A DNA stretch of 40,321 bases, taken from the NCBI GenBank assembly GCA_934667795.1, contig CAKUMP010000002.1, forward strand, positions 1 to 40,321, written 5' to 3'. This DNA is from an uncultured Chthoniobacterales bacterium. Its GTDB lineage: Bacteria > Verrucomicrobiota > Verrucomicrobiia > Chthoniobacterales > CAKUMP01. The notes under the pieces were generated by a model that ran no database searches, was not told the origin of the DNA, and saw only the letters and a program-made list of their open reading frames with translations. The stretch's first letter is position 1. Each line of letters begins with the position of its first letter. Of this stretch, positions 18,655-26,927 are shown one piece after another. The translations under genes were made by a program, and so were the position numbers.

Positions 18655-19826
18655 GCGAAAAACTTGCGGTGGTGATCCCGCTATATAATCACGCACACTT
18701 TATCCGGCAGGGCATAGAAAATGTATTGAACCAGACCCGCCCCGTGGACCGTATTATTATCGTGGATGATGGGTCCAGGGACGAGTCGGTAAAGGTGGTG
18801 AAAGCATTGGCCGAAACCGATTCCCGGATCGAAATCTACGAACAGGAAAATGCCGGTGCACATGCCGCGATCAATCGTGGAATCGCATTGGCTGAAGGAT
18901 GTGCATTCGTCGCTATTTTAAATTCAGATGATATTTATGAACCGGAACGGTTTGAACGCCTCTTGCCTGAACTGGAAAAATATCCGGACATACAGTTAGT
19001 TTGTTCTAATTTACGACTTATCGATGACGCCGGGGAGGTGTTGGGGATGGAGCAATCACGTGCGGCCTGGTTTGAAGATGCCTGGGCACAGAAAGAAGAA
19101 CAGGTTCATCGCTGGTTAGGAAAAGCGAATTTTGTGGGAACCACCAGTAATTTTCTGGGACGACGCGAATGGTTTTTAAATCACCCGATGCGAGACTTCC
19201 GGTATGCGCATGATTATTTTCATTTACTGGAAGCGGCATTTGCGGATGGTATCCGGATTCTGGATGAAAAGTTGTTACGGTACCGCGTGCATGAAACAAA
19301 TACGATTACGACGACAGCAGAAAAGCTGACGGGAGAAATGATCCGGGTGCATTGGGAGTTTTTGCGTGAAATTCGAGAGAAGATTTTAAAGGACGAAAAG
19401 ACACGAGTGAAATGGGCGGAATACCTGGGAAGCAGTTTTTTGAATCGAAGCAGTTTTCGGGTGGATGTTTTTTTGGCGTTACTTTCCACTCTCGGGTCGG
19501 AAGTGGAATGGTCGGCAGAACTTTTGGGTGGCGAGGATGTGATGCAACGGTTTCCAGAGCTGGCAGAATTTCCAAATGCAAACATGGTTCACATGGGGCG
19601 GGACTGGAATCGGGTACGAAAAGAATTAAAGGAAGCTAAAGCACAATTAGAAGGGGTAAAGAAAGAAAATCGTACACAATCCCTCTTGATGAAATCCCGT
19701 TGGGCAAGCCTGGGACGTTTATTGGGGTTGGGTGGGCGTGGCGCGGGAGACGGATGGGTAAATCTCGGAGCAAAATTAGGTTCGGGGAGGTGTCGGGAGA
19801 TTTTGCGTGCAGAAGAAAAAAAATAA
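18651..19826 (+). CDS. GT2-family glycosyltransferase with a coiled-coil C-terminal region
   Basis: The ATG at 18651 overlaps the GT4 stop (ATGA). The product carries LAVVIPLYNHAHFIRQGIENVLNQT...IIIVDDGSRDES and a DxD-like LNSDD. The track start at 18588 is inside the GT4 gene. Confidence 0.85.
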   Translation: MSEKLAVVIPLYNHAHFIRQGIENVLNQTRPVDRIIIVDDGSRDESVKVVKALAETDSRIEIYEQENAGAHAAINRGIALAEGCAFVAILNSDDIYEPERFERLLPELEKYPDIQLVCSNLRLIDDAGEVLGMEQSRAAWFEDAWAQKEEQVHRWLGKANFVGTTSNFLGRREWFLNHPMRDFRYAHDYFHLLEAAFADGIRILDEKLLRYRVHETNTITTTAEKLTGEMIRVHWEFLREIREKILKDEKTRVKWAEYLGSSFLNRSSFRVDVFLALLSTLGSEVEWSAELLGGEDVMQRFPELAEFPNANMVHMGRDWNRVRKELKEAKAQLEGVKKENRTQSLLMKSRWASLGRLLGLGGRGAGDGWVNLGAKLGSGRCREILRAEEKK

Positions 19827-19879
19827 AATTTGAGTGTGGGATTTGAACGAAAATTCTTTTCTTCTTTCTGCAAACAATT

Positions 19880-19885
19880 TATAAT
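19880..19885 (+). promoter_or_regulatory. consensus -10 box TATAAT placed so that the predicted +1 is the A of the Hpt ATG (leaderless candidate)
   Basis: TATAAT lies at 19880-19885 and the ATG at 19892, so 6 nt lie between them and there is no SD. The -35 at 17-nt spacing is only TTTTCT (weak). Confidence 0.3.
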
Positions 19886-19891
19886 AAAGAG

Positions 19892-20254
19892 ATGAACCTG
19901 ACTCCTGAGGAAATCCACATGCCTGCGCTTCAAGAGTTACGTGAGTTGGCACCGGATGATCCATCTCTTCTTAATGAACTTCTGGAAACTTTTTATTCTG
20001 AAACATCTAAACTTCTGGCAGACTTGCCACAGGCGATTCAGGGAAGTGATTTCAATACAGCGTATCGTCTCATCCATACGATCAAAGGTTCTGCTGCGAC
20101 TTTTGGACTAACGAAACTCCATGCGCTTGCTTTGGAGATCGAGACGCAAATCAAATCCGACGCACCACCTCCCGCAACTTCCCTTGCTCCGCAAATCGAT
20201 CTCTTGAAAGAACAATTCGCGTTGTCCTATCAACTTCTGGAGACCAGTATTTAG
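19892..20254 (+). CDS. stand-alone Hpt (histidine phosphotransfer) domain protein
   Basis: The 120-aa product has the phospho-His motif HTIKGSAATFGL within a four-helix-bundle-length protein. Confidence 0.8.
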   Translation: MNLTPEEIHMPALQELRELAPDDPSLLNELLETFYSETSKLLADLPQAIQGSDFNTAYRLIHTIKGSAATFGLTKLHALALEIETQIKSDAPPPATSLAPQIDLLKEQFALSYQLLETSI

Positions 20255-20282
20255 GAGTTTGGGCATTTTCAAGTGGGGCGTA

Positions 20283-20402
20283 TTTGGAGTGCGGCGGTTT
20301 CCGCTGCTTTAGATCATAGCGAATGGGATGTACGAATAGCCTTTGCTTGGCGAAACACACACGTCATTCGAACCGAAGCGGTGCAGAGCCCCGCACTTCA
20401 AA
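20283..20402 (+). mobile_element. 120-nt MITE-like element with imperfect 12-nt terminal inverted repeats (TTTGGAGTGCGG ... CCGCACTTCAAA)
   Basis: The termini match as inverted repeats at 11/12. The left 54 nt match 28288-28341 at 45/54 without gaps. It carries a GC hairpin, GCGGCGG-TTTC-CGCTGC. Confidence 0.5.
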
Positions 20403-20459
20403 TTCTTCCCGTGTGGTGGGAAAAATCTCTGACATGCCAGAGCAATTCGCATTGTCCTA

Positions 20460-22058
20460 TCAATTCCTAAATGCCGGTTGGAGGAGGGACTGAAATGCGG
20501 GGCCGAAGAATTTTAATAACAGAGAGGGCGTGAATGACTGCGGAGAATGCATGGGGGAGCGGAGAGCAATCTCTGCAGCGGAGCCGGCGAGATATGTGGC
20601 GAGGCGGGCGGCGTCGGGAGGGGAGAGTGGAAGTGCAAGAAAAGCCGCGATCATACCGGTGAGCACATCGCCCATTCCGCCGGTTGCCATAGCAGGAGAG
20701 CCCGTGGGATTATAAGTAAGTGGCGTAGAGCGACTGGCAATCAGCGTACGTGCGCCTTTTAATAAAAGGGTTGCAACGGAAGTCTCGCAGAACCAGGCTG
20801 CAACCGCTTCACGTGTCATGTTTTTTGAAGCGGGATGCAGTAAAGCCATTTCTCCGGGATGAGGAGTAAGCACACGATTAGCAGCAAGTGAACCGAGCGG
20901 AACTTCCTGCATCGACAAAATGCGCAGCGCATCGGCGTCGATCACACATGGGTTGGGGAAATTCTGGATAAGCTCGAGTGTCAGTTTTTCATATCGGGTT
21001 CCGAGGCCTGGACCAAGTGCCAGTACATCGAAATTGCTTTCGAGAATCGATGTTGCAGACTCCAGTGGGGAGACCATTACCTCCGGCGGACAACATGCCG
21101 TGATTGCTGGATACGATTCAGGAGGAACAAAAAGAGAAATGAGTCCGCCGCCTGCATGGAGTGCTCCGGAAGCAGCTAGAGCACCTGCTCCAAAGAACCC
21201 TGGGGCGCCTGCGAAAATGGCGATACGTCCGTAATTTCCTTTATGGGAATCGGGGGGGCGTGTGGGGAGAAGGTGGCGCAGGTTCCCGGGAGTTGAAATG
21301 CGGCGGGATTGGGGAGTAACCGGAGGCGATTGCAGATAAGGAAGAGGGATACAGGCTAATTGTCCAACGGAGTTGATCGCCGGTTGTTTCACAAGACAGG
21401 ATTTAGGAAATCCGAGTGTCAGTGTGAGATCCGCGACAATACCTGGCGATGTCGGTTCCCCGGATTCAGGATCGAGGCCCGAAGGGATATCGATTGCAAT
21501 CACCGGGATGCCAGTTTGTTCACCCAATTGAGAAAGTGCTTGTGCAGTCTTTGCCAGATCCCCATGCAGGGGAGGTCGTGCACCTGTTCCCACCAGCGTA
21601 TCCAACGCAATCGTGGTCGAAAAATCGGCAATGAAATTTAAATTTAACAGATCCGGACTACTAGTAGAAACAACAACCTGATCCCGGATTTGCTGGAATT
21701 TTTCTTTCGCAAGTGGCGTCAAAGACGATTCGAAAACAGGAAGAGAAGAAGCAGAAAGAAGGAGAGAAACTTTTTTTCCGGAAGCAAGAAAATGGCGTGC
21801 GACCACAAACCCATCTCCTGCATTATTGCCTTTTCCGGAAGCAAGAATCAGGTGCGTCGTACGAGGGAATCGAAGCAGAATTTCACGTGTCAGCTCCCGA
21901 CCTACCCATTCCATGAGCTCATCCGGAGAGGTATCGTGTACAAATGCTTCCTCCTCAATCCGGCGCATTTCTTCTGCAGAAACGAGGATGCCGGAATCCT
22001 GAATCCGGATGGTACTCTTACTGAACTCCCGGAAATTTTTCTGATGGTCTGAAGTCAT
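20460..22058 (-). CDS. nnr: bifunctional NAD(P)H-hydrate epimerase / ADP-dependent dehydratase
   Basis: The YjeF_N motif is SGKGNNAGDG. The C-terminal carbohydrate-kinase-like domain carries HKGNYGRIAIFAGAPGFFGAGALA and ATGGMGDVLTG. Confidence 0.9.
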   Translation of the reverse strand: MTSDHQKNFREFSKSTIRIQDSGILVSAEEMRRIEEEAFVHDTSPDELMEWVGRELTREILLRFPRTTHLILASGKGNNAGDGFVVARHFLASGKKVSLLLSASSLPVFESSLTPLAKEKFQQIRDQVVVSTSSPDLLNLNFIADFSTTIALDTLVGTGARPPLHGDLAKTAQALSQLGEQTGIPVIAIDIPSGLDPESGEPTSPGIVADLTLTLGFPKSCLVKQPAINSVGQLACIPLPYLQSPPVTPQSRRISTPGNLRHLLPTRPPDSHKGNYGRIAIFAGAPGFFGAGALAASGALHAGGGLISLFVPPESYPAITACCPPEVMVSPLESATSILESNFDVLALGPGLGTRYEKLTLELIQNFPNPCVIDADALRILSMQEVPLGSLAANRVLTPHPGEMALLHPASKNMTREAVAAWFCETSVATLLLKGARTLIASRSTPLTYNPTGSPAMATGGMGDVLTGMIAAFLALPLSPPDAARLATYLAGSAAEIALRSPMHSPQSFTPSLLLKFFGPAFQSLLQPAFRN

Positions 22059-22136
22059 GATTTTTCAAGTGAGTACATGCATGGGCGCAAATATGCTGGT
22101 TCAGACATAAGGAAGAAACGACTTCCTGTTCTGGCT

Positions 22137-23003
22137 CTATAAATTTTCCGGGCGGTCAGAAATTTTTGGCTGCTGGAGGGCTGGATCATACGGTACGGGG
22201 GCATCCAGAACTCCTCCGACGACTCCGACCGCGCCTAAATCATTTTGTTTGAGCCGTGGAACGGATTTATCGACCACATGATAAATGTCGCGGGTACGGA
22301 CTTCCCCATCCAGGCTCAATTGAGAATACTGGTAGGACCGTGGCGCGATGCGATGGAGAATATGGATTTCATTATTCACATCGAATTTGATATCAGGGTC
22401 ATCGAATCGGAGAAAGGGGCCGATAGGAGCCGTTAAATACACGACACCGTTCTCTGTATCTTCGATGCGGACATACAGACGTGTAATGTCGCGTGGGCGA
22501 TGAGACATTAGTGTAAAAGTACGTTTTTCGTTTGTATCGGGAGTCCCCACTGTCTGCTGCCAGAGCATGCGTCCTTCGGTAATTTCTATCTGGATATGAT
22601 TGGAAGAAAAAAACTGATTGGTGAGCGCATCATAAATGTTTGCGCGAGCACGGTAAGTCCCATAATCCCGGAGGGAGTAAAGCGGGTTAATATTCATGGT
22701 ACGTCTGACGGTTGCACCCCGCGGGATTTCCAGAGGTGGAACAAAATACTGGTTATCAAGTGGCGGGACCAGACGTCCGTTTTGTCCAGTAATTTCAAAC
22801 CCGAACCAGGGTTGTTGTGGAGTGTCCTTGAGCAGGAGATCTCTTCCGGAAAGATTGGTGATGCTGACGGCAACTAAAATCGGTTCGTATCGAACAAAGA
22901 GCGTACGAGCGGCTTCTAATTTGATTCTAATCTGGGCAGAAGCTGTGGGCAGGGTGCTGACCAGAGCAACCATAAAGAGAATAAGGCATACGAACTTTTT
23001 CAT
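22137..23003 (-). CDS. secreted hypothetical protein (beta-rich)
   Basis: This is a 288-aa ATG-start ORF with the signal peptide MKKFVCLILFMVALVSTLPTASAQ. I recognise no family. It lies 40 nt downstream of the DUF2339 gene. Confidence 0.65.
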   Translation of the reverse strand: MKKFVCLILFMVALVSTLPTASAQIRIKLEAARTLFVRYEPILVAVSITNLSGRDLLLKDTPQQPWFGFEITGQNGRLVPPLDNQYFVPPLEIPRGATVRRTMNINPLYSLRDYGTYRARANIYDALTNQFFSSNHIQIEITEGRMLWQQTVGTPDTNEKRTFTLMSHRPRDITRLYVRIEDTENGVVYLTAPIGPFLRFDDPDIKFDVNNEIHILHRIAPRSYQYSQLSLDGEVRTRDIYHVVDKSVPRLKQNDLGAVGVVGGVLDAPVPYDPALQQPKISDRPENL

Positions 23004-23043
23004 AGAACTTTAAAAGATACGACTGAAATTCCTGCTTTGCGAG

Positions 23044-25638
23044 TTAATTTTCTGGTGGCGAAGGGTTACGAATCAAACGCCGGATGAGGTTTGGGAAGCG
23101 AGAATACACAAAACTCAGGGAAATCAGCACCAGGGCAAGAATCAGAAATGCCAGCATACGTTGCAGGGAATCAAGTTTCCAGACATCATAGAGCATGACT
23201 TTAATGAGGCAGACCCCGAGGATAAGGATTGCGGTCATGCGGTAGGATTTTTGACGGACCCATAATCCGAGCAGAAGAACTGCTCCGGCGTAGAGGGACC
23301 AGGTTCCGGTGCTGACCAAAGAAGAGGAGGAGTCGAAGTAGGCAGCAAGCCAAAGCCAGAAGAGCAATAACCCAGCTAAACCAATCAGCTCTAAAAATCC
23401 CTGTTGGGCGGAAGGTCGCAAATCCGGCTGGCGTGTCAAAAGATGACTGGCGATCAGGAAAATGGGCGTAAGACACAAAAAGAAGGAGAGAAACGGCATA
23501 TCTATAAAACTTTCACTACGCGAAAAGTAAAAATATTTATAGAAATCAAAGATAATTTCCCCAAAAGCATAAATGGAGAAAAATGTGTAAAATATTCCGG
23601 CTAAAAAGCGGGAGAAACTGGTTCCTCCGCGTGAGAACATAAAAGCGACAAACGCCAGGAATGCGAGGATGATAGAGGCTTGGTAAGTAGGAAAAACATA
23701 GTTTGCCCATTTTATAAAAAGAAATGTTCCGGCAATACGGTAGAAATAAATACCAGGAGATTTCCATTTATTTTGCGGATGTCCAATGAGCGATAGTGCA
23801 GTAGCGGAGATACTGAACAGGCAGGCACAGATAAACAATAAAAGCCCACTGTGTGGAAATTCCCGTGATGCACCATAAGAAGAAAGCCATTGCGTCAAGA
23901 AAAGGAATAAATAGGGCTGAAGCGACAGTACAATGAGTTTACTCCGGTGCAGAGGGAACAAAAATAAAATGGTGAATGCAATGAAAGTCGCATATCCAAG
24001 TTGGACTACGTATGGCTGCTGGATATACCGCAGACCGATAAACAGGGAGGCGTGCGAAAGAAGCCCACAAAAAATCCCCAGTAGCGATATTCGCGTAGCA
24101 GCCGTTTTCTGAAAATTTGTTTCTGAAGCAAAAGAAACGTTTTTGGAGGCGTCCTGTAGCCACGTCGTCGCCAGTAAAAGAATTCCGGTCATGAAACACC
24201 CGGTAAAATTCATTTCGGGATCCGTAAATACATGGAATGTGGCGATCAGGCACGCGATGAAAGAAGTGAATCGGGCGGCTCTTGTCAGTTGGAAGCTGCT
24301 TTGTGCCAGCCAGGCAAGAATGGTCGCCTGGGCAGCAAAGGCAATGGCCGATTGGTAACCGGAGAAATATTGTGCACTCGCAACAAAAAGCGCGATGATG
24401 GAGTGAACGAAATAAAGCGATTGAAGATGCCGGTGTTCTTCGTTCGGGAGTTTTTTATAAGCAAAATAAGCAAATGCTCCCCAGGTTGCGGCGATGGTGA
24501 GTGACAAAAGATAGAGGTTGTCCTGAAGAAATTCGCTCAGGGTGAGGGTGAAAAATAAAAAGCCGGAAGCATTGTTGCCTGTAATTAAAAGCGATTGATG
24601 AAATTTTCGTCGCGCGTGAGGGGTAGGTTTTGGGAGGTTCCAGGAGATAAAGGTGAAAATCCCCCAGTAACAGCAAAGAAGAACACAAAGTGCTGAAACA
24701 GGAATGCTCGACGAAGTAGAACTCCTCCACCACCATTCATCGATAAAATAAGGATTCCAGCGTAAATAACCGGCATAGGTCGCAGAAATAGAAAGGTAAA
24801 CAAGGGTGGGCCAGTAGTGCTTTAACAGAAGTTTTGCAATAAATACGGCCAGTATCAGGTTCGATACCAAGGTGAAAAATCCGGAGGGATTGATGAAGGC
24901 TGCAAAATAGGCCAGAATAAATGCAAAAATCGCCAGAAGTTGAGACGTTTTTTTGTCCGCAAGAAAGGCAATGAAGCCGGCAAACAAAATTAAGAGAATC
25001 CCCGCCAGGACCGGGCTTTCAATGATGCGCAAAGAAGAAATGTAATGGGCCGCAAAAAGGGTGTAATATCCGGTAGCTAAACCAGTCCCAAAGATAATTC
25101 GCCCAAAATTTCGAAGATTCCGTGAGCTGGATTCTAAGCGCCAGCCCAGAATGCTGATGGCCGCACTGGCAAGCGCCATCAGACCGATTTTTCCTGCAGC
25201 CTGCAATTGTCCAAAAAAATTCTGGTACAGGAAATTTGCAAACGAAACAAATGCAATCAGAAGGAGGACTGCACCAATACGAATAAACCAGTACGTGGCA
25301 AGGCGAAATTCAAAGGGAGATTTTTCGGGCGGTGGTGCTTGCTGGGAGGGGGGTGCCGGCGGCGCCGGTGGAACTTGTGGGGACGGTGGGGACGGTGGGG
25401 ACGGTGGGGACGGTGGGGACGGTGGGGACGGTGGAGTTTGTGGGGATGTGGGGATTGGAGGGGGGAGGACAGGGTCGGGATTCCGAGGAGTTGCCTCAAA
25501 ATTTATTTCGTCCTGAAGCAACACGATGCTTTTATCGAGCTTCGCAATTTTAGAGGCCAGCTCTGCTTGTCTTTGACGCAGTTCAGATTGTTCATTTTGC
25601 AGAACGGCTAATTGTTTCAAGACATCGTGGGGATCCAT
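23044..25638 (-). CDS. DUF2339-family polytopic membrane protein with an N-terminal coiled coil and a proline-rich linker
   Basis: The 864-aa product starts with a coiled coil (LQNEQSELRQRQAELASKIAKLDKSIVLLQDE), followed by a (PSP)n linker, then FEFRLATYWFIRIGAVLLLIAF and more than 20 predicted TM helices. This is the typical DUF2339 architecture. Confidence 0.8.
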   Translation of the reverse strand: MDPHDVLKQLAVLQNEQSELRQRQAELASKIAKLDKSIVLLQDEINFEATPRNPDPVLPPPIPTSPQTPPSPPSPPSPPSPPSPPSPQVPPAPPAPPSQQAPPPEKSPFEFRLATYWFIRIGAVLLLIAFVSFANFLYQNFFGQLQAAGKIGLMALASAAISILGWRLESSSRNLRNFGRIIFGTGLATGYYTLFAAHYISSLRIIESPVLAGILLILFAGFIAFLADKKTSQLLAIFAFILAYFAAFINPSGFFTLVSNLILAVFIAKLLLKHYWPTLVYLSISATYAGYLRWNPYFIDEWWWRSSTSSSIPVSALCVLLCCYWGIFTFISWNLPKPTPHARRKFHQSLLITGNNASGFLFFTLTLSEFLQDNLYLLSLTIAATWGAFAYFAYKKLPNEEHRHLQSLYFVHSIIALFVASAQYFSGYQSAIAFAAQATILAWLAQSSFQLTRAARFTSFIACLIATFHVFTDPEMNFTGCFMTGILLLATTWLQDASKNVSFASETNFQKTAATRISLLGIFCGLLSHASLFIGLRYIQQPYVVQLGYATFIAFTILFLFPLHRSKLIVLSLQPYLFLFLTQWLSSYGASREFPHSGLLLFICACLFSISATALSLIGHPQNKWKSPGIYFYRIAGTFLFIKWANYVFPTYQASIILAFLAFVAFMFSRGGTSFSRFLAGIFYTFFSIYAFGEIIFDFYKYFYFSRSESFIDMPFLSFFLCLTPIFLIASHLLTRQPDLRPSAQQGFLELIGLAGLLLFWLWLAAYFDSSSSLVSTGTWSLYAGAVLLLGLWVRQKSYRMTAILILGVCLIKVMLYDVWKLDSLQRMLAFLILALVLISLSFVYSRFPNLIRRLIRNPSPPEN
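25379..25432. repeat. perfect 6 x 9-nt tandem repeat (GGGGACGGT)6 inside the DUF2339 gene
   Basis: I counted six identical units directly. On the minus strand they encode PSPPSPPSP.... Confidence 0.95.
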
Positions 25639-25643
25639 AAAGC

Positions 25644-26801
25644 TTAATCGTTACGTGGGTGTAATTCGGCGGGGAGTGAAAGGGTAAGCAATCGAAAGGG
25701 GGGCGTCGCTTTGTTTTCTCCCTGATGAAAAAAGGGCGATAAATGCAGTTTGTTTACTACCACTAAAAGACGATGCTGTGCATCAACGACAATAGAGTTT
25801 GGCCAGAGTAACCAGTCTTTCGTGAACAGGATTTCGTAGGTTCGGCTGGGGCGGATGACTCCGATGGCATTGTGGTTGATATCCGTAATATAGATATTAT
25901 TTTCTGAGTCGATGTCGATGCCCTCGGAGGGAGGTTTATCGGAATAGCGCTCTACGAAACTGGAGAGTTCCTTGGAAGAAAGTGCGGGGTTAATGAGAGT
26001 GGCAATGGGGATGCGATAAAGCGTTTTAGCACTCATGGCACCAAAATAAAGGTGCTGGGACTGAGAATCGATGGCAATAGGATTGATACCGACAACCGGC
26101 TCGATCGTTTTGTCATTTTGCTGCAGGGTCAGTGGGGTTCCGCCAGGCGTGAGTTTTACATTTTTTTCGGGAACCACAGAGGGGTCGCCCTGGAGAACTC
26201 GGCGGATGGTGTTGGAGCGCAAATCGATTACAATGATGGCAGCGGTTTCCGGAGTGGCGGTGTCTGCAATAAAAACGTGCTGGTTTTTCAGATCGATAGC
26301 GAGGTCGTTGAGTAGCGATTTTGGAGTGGTGTAAGGTTCAGGGATAAAAATGACAAACTCCCAGGTTTTGCTGGAAGGGTTCCAGCACAGGAGACGAGGA
26401 GTGGTTTCTTTGTTTGAAGGAAAAGAATCGGATTCCATTTCCTGAGAGCCAGGAAGTACCCCTGTGTCCAGCAACCAGAATCGCCCCTGGGCGTCGCAAC
26501 GAACCCCCATGGGACGATGGAAATCAATCTGGTCTTTTTTGTCCAGGTGCGATTGATCAGGAAATGGCCGGGGCGTCGGATCGTCAGACGTTAGGGTCAG
26601 CCATTTTTCCGAACGATTAAAAAAGGGATGCACGCTGAAAACAATCTGACCATGCGAATCAATCGCCGCATTTCCAGGTGGAATATCCAGTTCAAGTGAC
26701 TGTTGAACTTTTGCATTCGGCAAACGATCGAGAACTTCCTGCGCGCAAACAGAGGCACACAGGAGAAGTATCAGGCTGCAAAAAAAATAGCATCTGCGCA
26801 T
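25644..26801 (-). CDS. secreted major-royal-jelly/yellow-like (MRJP family) six-bladed beta-propeller protein
   Basis: A signal peptide follows the ATG at 26801 (MRRCYFFCSLILLLCASVCAQE). The motifs MGVRCDAQGRFWLLDTG, LNDLAIDL..VFIADT, LYFGAMSAKTLYRIP, GIDIDSENNIYITD and LLWPNSIVVD fit the MRJP/SGL-type propeller pattern. The family call is from motif memory. Confidence 0.6.
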   Translation of the reverse strand: MRRCYFFCSLILLLCASVCAQEVLDRLPNAKVQQSLELDIPPGNAAIDSHGQIVFSVHPFFNRSEKWLTLTSDDPTPRPFPDQSHLDKKDQIDFHRPMGVRCDAQGRFWLLDTGVLPGSQEMESDSFPSNKETTPRLLCWNPSSKTWEFVIFIPEPYTTPKSLLNDLAIDLKNQHVFIADTATPETAAIIVIDLRSNTIRRVLQGDPSVVPEKNVKLTPGGTPLTLQQNDKTIEPVVGINPIAIDSQSQHLYFGAMSAKTLYRIPIATLINPALSSKELSSFVERYSDKPPSEGIDIDSENNIYITDINHNAIGVIRPSRTYEILFTKDWLLWPNSIVVDAQHRLLVVVNKLHLSPFFHQGENKATPPFRLLTLSLPAELHPRND

Positions 26802-26927
26802 TGGCGACAGTTTGTAGCAAAAATAATCAGAAATGAAAAGAAAGAAGAAAAGAGAGAATATCAAAGAGGATATACGAAAATTTGGCTTTTGATTGTCAGC
26901 AAAGAAAGGAAACGATAAGATGAAAAA

